DNA from: an uncultured delta proteobacterium
GTDB lineage: Bacteria; Desulfobacterota; Binatia; Binatales; Binataceae
Reading direction: 5' to 3'
NCBI GenBank assembly: GCA_963724765.1
Contig: CAVRVY010000003.1
Coordinates: forward strand, 896,001 to 960,000
Length of the DNA stretch: 64,000 nucleotides
Shown here: in pieces, positions 11,095-19,741 of the stretch
How positions within the stretch are numbered: the first letter of the stretch is position 1
Layout: each line of letters starts with the position of its first letter
Position numbers and translations under genes: made by a program
Notes under the pieces: generated by a model
Told to the model about the DNA's origin: nothing
The model's input: the letters and a program-made list of their open reading frames with translations, nothing else
Database searches by the model: none

Positions 11095-11129
11095 AGCCTG
11101 TCACCTGCTCAAAAGGCTTAGATCGCCAT

Positions 11130-11438
11130 TTAACCCTCCATAACAATATTATGAGGGTGACCTGCATTAATGGAATTGATCGCCTTTATAGAGAGCTGCT
11201 CAGTTTGCTGCAAAGCTGCCACGTTAGCCGCATGTCCAGCTGCGATGGTCAGCGTTCCCGGTACATTTCCTTTCACACTGCCTCCGCTTAGTACGTGATA
11301 TACAGCGTCAAACAAAAGTCTCACCGTGGGGTTGACAGCCCTGTCACCCACAGGTCCTTGTAAAAGACCCGAAGCAAGTAGCTGTTGCAGATACGCGATA
11401 CTATCTGCCGAAACTTTGACATCGACCACATTAAACAT
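11130..11438 (-). CDS. 102-aa hypothetical protein, candidate precursor/substrate of the adjacent prenyltransferase
   Basis: Strong GGGAGG SD; co-oriented, 35 bp upstream of the prenyltransferase. Confidence 0.75.
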   Translation of the reverse strand: MFNVVDVKVSADSIAYLQQLLASGLLQGPVGDRAVNPTVRLLFDAVYHVLSGGSVKGNVPGTLTIAAGHAANVAALQQTEQLSIKAINSINAGHPHNIVMEG

Positions 11439-11576
11439 GACTATTCCTCCCTTGGTTCCCTAGTATTCAAGGCATTTTGCTAGGCCTACTATAGGCTGAA
11501 GTTCACGCTCGTTGACTGGTTGTACTCGTTTTGTGGTACCACTGCTATCTCATCGGATAGTCTTCATAGAGTTATC

Positions 11577-11900
11577 TTAGTGACGATTCTCAACATCGAG
11601 ATTTGCAGCTATCCTCGTCGAGCCTACTAGATCACGGAACAGGACAGATAAATCACCCTCGGTAGTCTGAGAGTCGAGCGCGGCTGAGCTGTTTGGCTCT
11701 GGAGAAGCATGCCGCCTGTTTGCTCGGCTTAGCGGTGCCGCACCGAGCGGAACGACGCAGTCGTCGCAGGACGTGGCGGTCATCCGAATCGCTGCCGCGC
11801 AGCCAGGACACCGCACTAGGAGGGAACCTGAGCACTTAGCACAAAACTTCGCCGTCTCGTGATTCTCAGAACCAAAACCCGCGCAACGCACCGTATACAT
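11577..11900 (-). pseudogene. Truncated double zinc-ribbon adenylate/guanylate cyclase
   Basis: CAGFG..N...AKFCAKC...CPGC...CDDC then EGDLSVLFRDLVGSTRIAANLD and stop; paralogous to the N-terminus of 1-731. Confidence 0.8.
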
Positions 11901-11913
11901 GCGTCCGTCTAAT

Positions 11914-12378
11914 CAGCCGTTGTGTACCATGTTTACGACCTAACGGCTATCGCGAGGGATAGAAGTGACGCCGCAGCCGCAGACAACTCTTAGCCGGAGC
12001 TGACCAGCGATCTCCTGCGTGGCCCGCCAATCGAGCCCCCCTGTTTTCAGCGCCATAGGCGAGCCCCGTTCTCTATAGCCCTCTACCCCCCCCCCACTGT
12101 TCCTCTCCAAAGTTCCCAAGAATTCCCCCGCGCTAGGCGTGTGGATCTCGGGTAGATCCTGCATGCGTGGAATCCGATCGACGGGCAAGGAATGCGACGT
12201 TCGAGCGAATCTCCATGGACCTAGCAAAATCGCGGGCGGATAACTTTCGCTTTATTCCAGCGGAATGGCGCCGTAAGAGGCGTTCTCCGGGTCCCCTCCC
12301 GATCGCAAATCGCGCGCACACGAGCGGATTTCGATCGATTCTCTGACATGTCCGAAATCCTGGAGACTGGAGTGTGGA
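11914..12378. repeat. Copy B of the non-coding module; abuts the tRNA-Ala 3' end
   Basis: See 829-1051; here the two blocks are separated by ~260 bp of extra sequence. Confidence 0.8.
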
Positions 12379-12447
12379 GCAGAAGGGATTTGAACCCTCG
12401 ACCCCCACGTTGCGAACGTGGTGCTCTCCCAGCTGAGCTACTGCCCC
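12375..12447 (-). tRNA. tRNA-Ala(CGC), CCA not encoded
   Basis: GGGGCAGTAGCTCAGCTGGGAGAGCACCACGTT-CGC-AACGTGGGGGTCGAGGGTTCAAATCCCTTCTGCTCCA; G3:U70 pair. Confidence 0.95.
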
Positions 12448-12463
12448 ACCGCAGAAGGGAATT

Positions 12464-13330
12464 CTACGCCGAAATCACTGTTTTCAAATAGGCCCGCAAC
12501 CTATCAGCGAGATCCGGCCGTTTCAAGCCGAAGCCAATCTGCGCGGTGATCAGACCCAGACGGTCGCCCAGGTCATAGCGCGTACCGGTGAACTCATAGC
12601 CGTACATCGGACGGTGCCGGCAGAGCGCGAGCAGGCCGTCGGTGAGTTGGATCTCACCACCGGCGCCGGGCTTGCCCTCGGCGAGCAGGCTGAAAATCTC
12701 TGGCGTGAGGACGTAGCGGCCGACGATCGCAAAATCGCTCGGCGCCTTCGACGGCTCCGGCTTCTCCACCATCCCGGTCAACCGATGCAACCGCTCGCCG
12801 GCGGACGAAGCTTCGACAATCCCGTATTTCGAGATGTCCTGTGGCGCAACGCGCATCAGCGCGACCACTGGCGCCTCGCGCGCCTCGGCGATGTCGAGCA
12901 GTTGGCGCAGGCAGGGCGGCTCGGAGTCAAAAATATCGTCGGGCAAAAGCACCGCGAATGGCTCGGCGCCTATCGCCTCGCGCGCCTGCAGGACAGCGTG
13001 GCCGAGGCCCATCGGCCGAATCTGCTCGGCGCGCGTAATAAGCGCCATCGTGGCGATCGAACGGACCGTGTCGAGAAGATCGCGCTTGCCGCGCTCTTCG
13101 AGGTGACGCTCCAAATCGGGGACCGGCCCGAAATGGTCGAGCACCAGCGAGCGCCCGGGCGCGACCACGATGACGATTTCCTCGATCCCGGAAGCAATCG
13201 CCTCTTCGACCACGACCTGGATCGCAGGGCGGTCAACGACCGGCAAAATTTCCTTGGGGACAACGCGGGTGGCAGGCAACATGCGCGTGCCAAGCCCGGC
13301 CGCCACCACCACGGCCTTGCGAACTTTCAT
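12464..13330 (-). CDS. galU: UTP-glucose-1-phosphate uridylyltransferase
   Basis: KAVVVAAGLGTRMLPATRVVPKEILPVVDRP, LGHAV, VEKP, GGEIQLTD. Confidence 0.95.
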   Translation of the reverse strand: MKVRKAVVVAAGLGTRMLPATRVVPKEILPVVDRPAIQVVVEEAIASGIEEIVIVVAPGRSLVLDHFGPVPDLERHLEERGKRDLLDTVRSIATMALITRAEQIRPMGLGHAVLQAREAIGAEPFAVLLPDDIFDSEPPCLRQLLDIAEAREAPVVALMRVAPQDISKYGIVEASSAGERLHRLTGMVEKPEPSKAPSDFAIVGRYVLTPEIFSLLAEGKPGAGGEIQLTDGLLALCRHRPMYGYEFTGTRYDLGDRLGLITAQIGFGLKRPDLADRLRAYLKTVISA

Positions 13331-13416
13331 AGGATGCCTCGGGAGTCGGAATGCCTGCGGGAATGCCTGGGGATGTGCAGGGGTGGTCTGTCAGTGGGCT
13401 TGCGACGAGGCCGGAT

Positions 13417-13785
13417 TTAGCGGGCGGAACCTTGACGCTCGCGCGCTTCCTGTGCCGACTTACAGGTGATGCAGAGCGTGGTCACCGGGCGCGCCTTGAG
13501 CCGTTCAATCCCGATTTGCCCTCCGCATTCGTCGCATTGGCCATAGACGCCGCCGTCGATTCGGGCAAAGGCCTCGTCAATCTTGCTCAAAAGCTTGCGC
13601 TCGCGGTCGCGCATACGCAGCAAAAAGGCCCGGTCGGACTCCAGCGACGCGCGATCCGAGGGATCTGCGCAGGCTTCCTGAGCTTTGGTGTTAAGGGTGC
13701 CGAGCGCGCGCTCGGCTTCCTCCAGAATCTCGCTTCTGCGGTCCTCGAGCAGGCGGCGGAAGAAATTCAGATCCCTTTGCCTCAT
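13417..13785 (-). CDS. dksA: RNA polymerase-binding protein DksA
   Basis: DPSDRA tip motif, RDRERKL, CDECG...RLKARP...CITC. Confidence 0.93.
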   Translation of the reverse strand: MRQRDLNFFRRLLEDRRSEILEEAERALGTLNTKAQEACADPSDRASLESDRAFLLRMRDRERKLLSKIDEAFARIDGGVYGQCDECGGQIGIERLKARPVTTLCITCKSAQEARERQGSAR

Positions 13786-13901
13786 AATAACGGGGCGCGA
13801 GAAAGACCTTCAGATTCTACTTACGCCCTACTGTCATGTAAACAGGGCGCGGCATAAACTCGAATTCGGCCCTCCGCTCTTTTATATCTATATCTGGATA
13901 T

Positions 13902-15083
13902 ATGAAATCAGCTTTTCTCGACGCGTTTTCCGGGCTGAGCGGTGACATGATCGTGGGCGCGATGCTGGACGCGGGCGCAGGCTTCGATGAGTTGCGGGCG
14001 GCGCTCGCGTCGTTACCGCTCGACGGCTATCGCCTGGCCGCGCGGCGTAAGCTCGTAAGCGGCATTTCGGCCCTGAAATTTGACGTGGAAGTCAGCGCGA
14101 CGCAGCCCGAGCGCCACCTCAAGGACATACGCGAGATCGTCCGACACGCCTCGACGCTCTCCAGTATCGTCAAGGATCGCGCGATGGCGATTTTCGGCGT
14201 GCTGGCCGAGGCCGAAGCGAAAATCCATCATACGACTCCCGAGGAAGTTCATTTCCACGAGGTCGGCGCGGTCGACTCGATTATCGACATCGTGGCCGCG
14301 GCCTGGGGCTTCGAGCGGCTCGAACTGGGTGAAATGATAGTCTCGCCGCTGCCGGCGGGTAGCGGTTTCGTCCGATCGCAACACGGCATCATCCCGGTTC
14401 CCGCGCCCGCGACGGCGGAACTGCTGGCCGGTTTTCCGATGCGCATGGGCGATGGCTCGTCCGAGATGGTTACGCCGACCGGCGCCGCAATTCTGCGCGC
14501 GCTCGCCACACCGGCGCCGCCCGCGATGGGCTTTCGCGTCGAGCGCGTCGGCTATGGCGCGGGCACCAGGGATTTCGCCGATCGGCCCAACGTGCTGCGC
14601 CTGATGGTCGGCGAACGCACGCAAACCTACGAAACTGACGAACTCGTCGAGATCGCGGCTAACATCGACGACCTCAATCCGCAAATCTACGACCACGTGG
14701 TCGAGCGGCTGTTCGAGACCGGCGCGCGTGACGTAACACTGACGCCTACCATCATGAAAAAAGGCCGCCCCGCGGTGACCATCTCCGTGCTCGCCGAGCC
14801 GTCGGCGCGGGAGCAGATCGCCGCGGTGCTCTTCGCCGAAACTTCGACTATCGGACTGCGATATCATCCGGTCGCCCGCCTCAAGCTAGCGCGTGAAATC
14901 AGGGAGATAGACACGCGGTGGGGCCGCGTGCGAGTGAAGCTCTCGCGCGGTGGCGATACGGTGACCGTGTCGCCAGAGTACGAAGACTGCAAGCGTATCG
15001 CGCACGAACATCAGGTCGCGCTCCGGCTGGTTCTCGAACAGGCGCTGGCCGCCGCGCGCCGGCAGATATCCGGAGATGACTGA
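13902..15083 (+). CDS. larC: Nickel pincer cofactor biosynthesis protein LarC
   Basis: GLSGDM, VHFHEVGAVDSIIDI, PVPAPAT, TPTGAA, MKKGRP, PEYEDC. Confidence 0.93.
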   Translation: MKSAFLDAFSGLSGDMIVGAMLDAGAGFDELRAALASLPLDGYRLAARRKLVSGISALKFDVEVSATQPERHLKDIREIVRHASTLSSIVKDRAMAIFGVLAEAEAKIHHTTPEEVHFHEVGAVDSIIDIVAAAWGFERLELGEMIVSPLPAGSGFVRSQHGIIPVPAPATAELLAGFPMRMGDGSSEMVTPTGAAILRALATPAPPAMGFRVERVGYGAGTRDFADRPNVLRLMVGERTQTYETDELVEIAANIDDLNPQIYDHVVERLFETGARDVTLTPTIMKKGRPAVTISVLAEPSAREQIAAVLFAETSTIGLRYHPVARLKLAREIREIDTRWGRVRVKLSRGGDTVTVSPEYEDCKRIAHEHQVALRLVLEQALAAARRQISGDD

Positions 15084-15729
15084 GGACCGGCTGCGCATCA
15101 ACGAGATCTTTTTCAGCATCCAGGGCGAATCGACCTGGGCGGGGCGTCCTTGCGCCTTCGTGCGGCTCACCGGATGCGATTTGCGCTGCTCGTGGTGCGA
15201 CACCGAGTACGCATTTCATGAGGGGCGCTCGATGGCGGTCGAGGAGGTCGCCGCGCAGCTCCAGGGCTACGGATGCGATCTGGTCGAGGTGACCGGCGGC
15301 GAGCCGCTCTTGCAGGCTGCCGTTCATCCGCTCATCGCGCGCCTGCTGGAGGCCGGCATCACGGTGCTGGTGGAAACTTCGGGCGCCAGCGACGTGAGTC
15401 GGCTGGATGCGCGTGCGATCAAAGTGATGGATGTGAAATGCCCGGGCAGTGGGGAAGCGGCGCGCAATTTGTGGAGCAACCTCGAGCATCTGACGCCGCG
15501 TGACGAAGTGAAGTTCGTGATTGCCGATCGCGCCGACTACGAATGGGCGCGCGACGTGGCCCGGCGCAACAACCTCGCGGCGCGCGTCAACGCGGTGCTG
15601 ATGAGCTGCGCGTTCGGGCGGTTGGAGCCGGCGCTGCTGGCCGGATGGATCCTGGCCGATCGTTTGCCGGTACGGATGCAACTCCAGATGCACAAGCATA
15701 TCTGGGCGCCCGACGCGCGCGGCGTTTGA
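15076..15729 (+). CDS. queE: 7-carboxy-7-deazaguanine synthase (radical SAM)
   Basis: EIFFSIQGE, CDLRCSWCDT, TGGEPLLQ, QLQMHK. Confidence 0.92.
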   Translation: MTEDRLRINEIFFSIQGESTWAGRPCAFVRLTGCDLRCSWCDTEYAFHEGRSMAVEEVAAQLQGYGCDLVEVTGGEPLLQAAVHPLIARLLEAGITVLVETSGASDVSRLDARAIKVMDVKCPGSGEAARNLWSNLEHLTPRDEVKFVIADRADYEWARDVARRNNLAARVNAVLMSCAFGRLEPALLAGWILADRLPVRMQLQMHKHIWAPDARGV

Positions 15730-15948
15730 ACCAAGGCCGTGGCGATTCCAACGCCGAGGCCGCGTTTTCGAGAATCCGCCAAATCCGGAAAGTCCGGATC
15801 GGACTGATGCTCTCCGCCGCGCTTTTCGCCTCTGGTGTTTTCATTTTTCCACCCAATGTCCGGCTGCGCCGCAAGTCTGCACGACCTCGACGAGCCACGC
15901 GGATAACGCCCCCTTCCTGAGCACGCTCGAGGCGTCGAGCGCGGAGAG

Positions 15949-17598
15949 CTACGCCGTCACGAAGGCTCCGCGCACGCGGTCGATCAAGCCCGTGGAATCG
16001 TCCGGCGGCCTGTCGCCACGCCAGGCCACATGCTGATCGGGGCGCGAGAGGACCAGCTTGCGCGGATAGAGCGAGGCAGCCTCGTCAGCCTCTACGTCGA
16101 GCACTACCATCGGTACGCCACGCTGCGCCGCTGCCGCTACGAGGCCGCCTGCCTCGACGGCAGGATCGAAACGGAGCAACGTGAAGTCGGGACCCAACGC
16201 GTCGTACAGCGATCTCCCGTCGCGCAACCATAGATGTGGCGTGCGGCATCCGGGGACCGTGGACTGGCTGAAGTCATATATCGTGTATCCGGGCGGCTGC
16301 TCGCCGTCATAGGCGATTATCGGAGAGGCGTCGTAAAAATAGCCGAAGTTGAGCCCGCCGCAGCAGAACTGGCCGAGGTTGATTTCGTAGGCTTGGCGGC
16401 CGATGCGCTCCCGGGCTGTATCGCCCAGCGCACCGGGCGCTTCGATCTCCTCGGGGATCGCGCCGCGCTGCGAGGCTAGCGCCAGTGCGGTGTCCATCGC
16501 GTAGCGCGAGACCTGCTCGGTGATGGGCTGGCGCTCGAGCGGGGAGGCGTCGAGCAGCGCCGCCGCGCCCCATCCTCTGATTACGCCGGCCAGCATCCAC
16601 GACAGGTTCATCGCATCGGCAATCCCGGCATTCATGCCGTAACCGGCGTTCGGCACCCAGATATGGGCCGAGTCGCCGCACAAAAAAACGCGCCGGTCGC
16701 GGAAGCGATCGGCGATCATGCGCCGGCCGATCCACTCTTCGCGGCCGAGAATCTCGATCCAGAACGAATCCTCCACACCCAGGATCTGGCGCAGACAGCG
16801 CTCGCCGTCGACGTCCGCGAAGCGCTCGGCCGGGCGAAGATAGTTGTGCACGAGCCAGCGCTCGCGACCGTCGATCGCGAACATGTTGCCGCAGCGGCGC
16901 GGATTGAGCGAAGTGTTCCCCCATGCCGGCCGCGACATCATCCCCAGCAGTCCCGGCGCGCGAATATAGAACGACTGGGTCGGCATCACTACCGCGTCGC
17001 CACTTAAGGTGGCGCCGATCGCGCGGCGGACTTCGGAATGAGCGCCGTCACAGCCGACCAGGTACCGGGCGAAGATCTCCCGTACTTCGCCGGTGGCGAA
17101 ATCCTCGGCGGTTGCCACCACCCCGGTTTCGTTCTGCTCGAGGCCGACGACTCGCGTACGGCTCAGGATGCGCAATCCAGGCATCGCAGCGGCGTGCGAG
17201 AACAGTATGGGCTCGAGGTAAATCTGGTTGATACGATGCGGCGGTTCGGGAGTCGGCCACCAGGTGTCAGGCCCGCCACTGGCCGTGTAGCGCTCTGCGC
17301 GGCATGGAATTGGGGTACGCGCGAGCTCGATCCCGGTCGCCGCCGTGCGGAAGGCGACGTCGTTTGGATAGTCGGCCGGCAGACCAGCGTCGCGCACCGC
17401 GCTGACGACGCCGAGCCGGCGGAAGATCTCCATAGTGCGCGCGGCAACGTGGTTGCATCTCACGCTGGGTGGTTCACCGGCCGCGCGTGTTTCGGCGATC
17501 GTTACTTCGACGCCCCTGCGGGCGAGGTCCATCGCCAATGTCAGCCCGACGGGCCCAGCGCCGACAATCAGCACCTGAGCATTGATGACCGTCGACAT
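15949..17598 (-). CDS. FAD-dependent monooxygenase (PheA/TfdB-like)
   Basis: VGAGPVG, VGCDGAHS, GDSAH...GMNAGIADA, RPDQHVAW. Confidence 0.92.
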   Translation of the reverse strand: MSTVINAQVLIVGAGPVGLTLAMDLARRGVEVTIAETRAAGEPPSVRCNHVAARTMEIFRRLGVVSAVRDAGLPADYPNDVAFRTAATGIELARTPIPCRAERYTASGGPDTWWPTPEPPHRINQIYLEPILFSHAAAMPGLRILSRTRVVGLEQNETGVVATAEDFATGEVREIFARYLVGCDGAHSEVRRAIGATLSGDAVVMPTQSFYIRAPGLLGMMSRPAWGNTSLNPRRCGNMFAIDGRERWLVHNYLRPAERFADVDGERCLRQILGVEDSFWIEILGREEWIGRRMIADRFRDRRVFLCGDSAHIWVPNAGYGMNAGIADAMNLSWMLAGVIRGWGAAALLDASPLERQPITEQVSRYAMDTALALASQRGAIPEEIEAPGALGDTARERIGRQAYEINLGQFCCGGLNFGYFYDASPIIAYDGEQPPGYTIYDFSQSTVPGCRTPHLWLRDGRSLYDALGPDFTLLRFDPAVEAGGLVAAAAQRGVPMVVLDVEADEAASLYPRKLVLSRPDQHVAWRGDRPPDDSTGLIDRVRGAFVTA

Positions 17599-17702
17599 TA
17601 CCTACCCATACGCCATCGCACCTGTTGCTCGCGAGGGAGGCCGTGCATCGTTGGTAAGAAAACTTTGATCCGGGAACGGCTTGCGGCTAGGCTCTAGACG
17701 CG

Positions 17703-18020
17703 ATGCCTGGACCGCTGCTTAGCGAAGTCTTGCCCGACCTGGTTGAGGAGATGGCATTCCTGCTCCGCGAGCGCGGCGCGGAGCCGCTTTGCGATCAGTT
17801 GCGTGCGCTGCAGATCGAATCGATATGCGACTGCGGCGACGACAATTGCGCGAGCTTCGCCACCGCGTCCGAGGTCAAGGTCGCTAGCACCGTCGAGTTG
17901 CAGGCGATGGAAGGGTTCCTGATCGTCGATCTGAACGCCAGCGGCCAAATCTGCTTCATCGAGGTGCTCCATCGTCCCGACGTGAAATACCTGCTCGAAG
18001 AACATTACGCGACCGAGTAA
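17703..18020 (+). CDS. Hypothetical protein with CDCGDDNC motif
   Basis: 105-aa ORF with host-like codon usage. Confidence 0.7.
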   Translation: MPGPLLSEVLPDLVEEMAFLLRERGAEPLCDQLRALQIESICDCGDDNCASFATASEVKVASTVELQAMEGFLIVDLNASGQICFIEVLHRPDVKYLLEEHYATE

Positions 18021-18049
18021 CAAGACGCGGCAAGTAAGGCGGTGCTCGA

Positions 18050-18793
18050 GTGGTAAAGAGAATTTTTCTGGCAGGGGCGACAGGTGCTGTCGGGCGGCGG
18101 ATGCTGCCACTATTGCGCGAGGCCGGTTACGCAGTGGCCGGCACCACGCGCGTCGCGTCCAAAGCTGAAGAGTTGCGCGCGGCCGGAATCATACCGGTCG
18201 TAGTTGACGTCTTCGACGCGGCCGCGCTCAGCGCCGCGATGCTTGCGGCGCGGCCCGACGTGGTCGTCCATCAGCTCACCGACCTGCCGCATGGCCTCAA
18301 GGCGGAACTGATGGCCGAGGGACTGATGCGCAACGCGCGCGTGCGTATCGAGGGCACGCGCAATCTGGTCGAGGCGGCGATGCGCGCGGGCGCGCGCCGA
18401 TTCATCGCCCAGAGTATCGCGTTCGTCTATGCGCCCGGGCGCGAGCCGCACGACGAAAGCGATCCGCTCATCTCGCCGGCCGAAGAGCCGTGGCGCTCTA
18501 CGATGGAAGGGGTCATGACGCTGGAGCGGCTGACGACCTCAGGCACGGGATTCGACGGCCTGGTCCTGCGCTATGGCATGTTCTACGGCCCCGGCACCGG
18601 GTTCGAGCTTGCGCCAGGCAAGCCGGCGGTGCATGTCGACGCGGCGGCGCAGGCGGCGATGCTCGCGATAGTGAGCGGGGCGCCGGGAATCTACAACGTC
18701 GCCGAGGACGACGGCGGGGTATCGGCCGCCAAAGCGCACCGCGAGCTGGGATGGGATCAGAACTTCAGGCTGAAAAATCCCACTCTCCGCTGA
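18050..18793 (+). CDS. NAD-dependent epimerase/dehydratase family protein
   Basis: GATGAVG, VVHQLT, LRYGMFYGPG. Confidence 0.9.
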   Translation: MVKRIFLAGATGAVGRRMLPLLREAGYAVAGTTRVASKAEELRAAGIIPVVVDVFDAAALSAAMLAARPDVVVHQLTDLPHGLKAELMAEGLMRNARVRIEGTRNLVEAAMRAGARRFIAQSIAFVYAPGREPHDESDPLISPAEEPWRSTMEGVMTLERLTTSGTGFDGLVLRYGMFYGPGTGFELAPGKPAVHVDAAAQAAMLAIVSGAPGIYNVAEDDGGVSAAKAHRELGWDQNFRLKNPTLR

Positions 18794-18850
18794 TTCGCGC
18801 GAAACAATCTGGGCGCCTGCGCTTGTGCCGATGCGCGGGGGACATTGAGA

Positions 18851-19675
18851 TCAGCCCATCGCGCTCGCAGGTTCGGCGCTGCGCAGGGCGCTGACGAAAT
18901 CGATCACCTCGGAAGTCACGCGCTCCTTTTCGCTGTCGACCGTGATCACGTGGAAGCTCTCCTCCAGGATAACGGCGCGCTTTTGCGCGCTGCCTAGGCG
19001 TCTCAGCACGAACTCGACGTTGCGGCGCATCGGACAGGTATGGTCGCGCCGGCTATGAATGACGAGCGCGGGCTGGACGACGCGGCTAAGGCGCGGGCGC
19101 ACCGCTGCCGACAACTTCAGCAGCTCGAGCACGGCGCTGAGCGGCATCAGATTCGCCGATGGATGTGCGCCGCGGGCGGCGGCGTCATGGATGTCCGAGC
19201 CTTTGCCGCGCAAGTAGATGCGGTCGGCAAGCGGGCCGAGCACGCGTAGCGTCTTGAGCGGCCCGCGCACCCATAGCGGCAGAAAGAACGCCGGCGACAG
19301 CATCACCACTCCGGCCACCGCCTCGCCCTGATCGGCGGCCAGGCGCGCCGCCAGCAGCGCTCCCATTGAGAGCCCTATTACGGCCACCGGATCGCCATAG
19401 CGATGCAGCCGCTCGAAGCCCTCGACCACACTTTCGTACCATTGCGCGTGGGTTGTGGCGCCCAGTTCCTCGGATGCGCCCGCGTGACCTGCCAGGCGCA
19501 CGCCGCATACGCGCACACCAGAGGCGGCCAACCGCTCGCCCAGGTAGCGCATCTCGAACGGCGTGCCGCTCAGTCCGTGGATCAGCAGCGCGCTCACTCC
19601 AGCGCCGGGAAAGAAGAACTCGTTGGTGTCTATGACTGGCTTAGCTGGGTGGGGATCGTCGTCTGACGAACTCAT
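18851..19675 (-). CDS. Carboxylesterase (alpha/beta hydrolase)
   Basis: HGLSG, GLSMG nucleophile elbow, SFHVIT. Confidence 0.9.
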   Translation of the reverse strand: MSSSDDDPHPAKPVIDTNEFFFPGAGVSALLIHGLSGTPFEMRYLGERLAASGVRVCGVRLAGHAGASEELGATTHAQWYESVVEGFERLHRYGDPVAVIGLSMGALLAARLAADQGEAVAGVVMLSPAFFLPLWVRGPLKTLRVLGPLADRIYLRGKGSDIHDAAARGAHPSANLMPLSAVLELLKLSAAVRPRLSRVVQPALVIHSRRDHTCPMRRNVEFVLRRLGSAQKRAVILEESFHVITVDSEKERVTSEVIDFVSALRSAEPASAMG

Positions 19676-19741
19676 TCGTTACTCCGCCTTTAAGGCTGCC
19701 CCTGTTTGCATTTTGGGTATCGAGCCTGGCGCCGGCCAATA

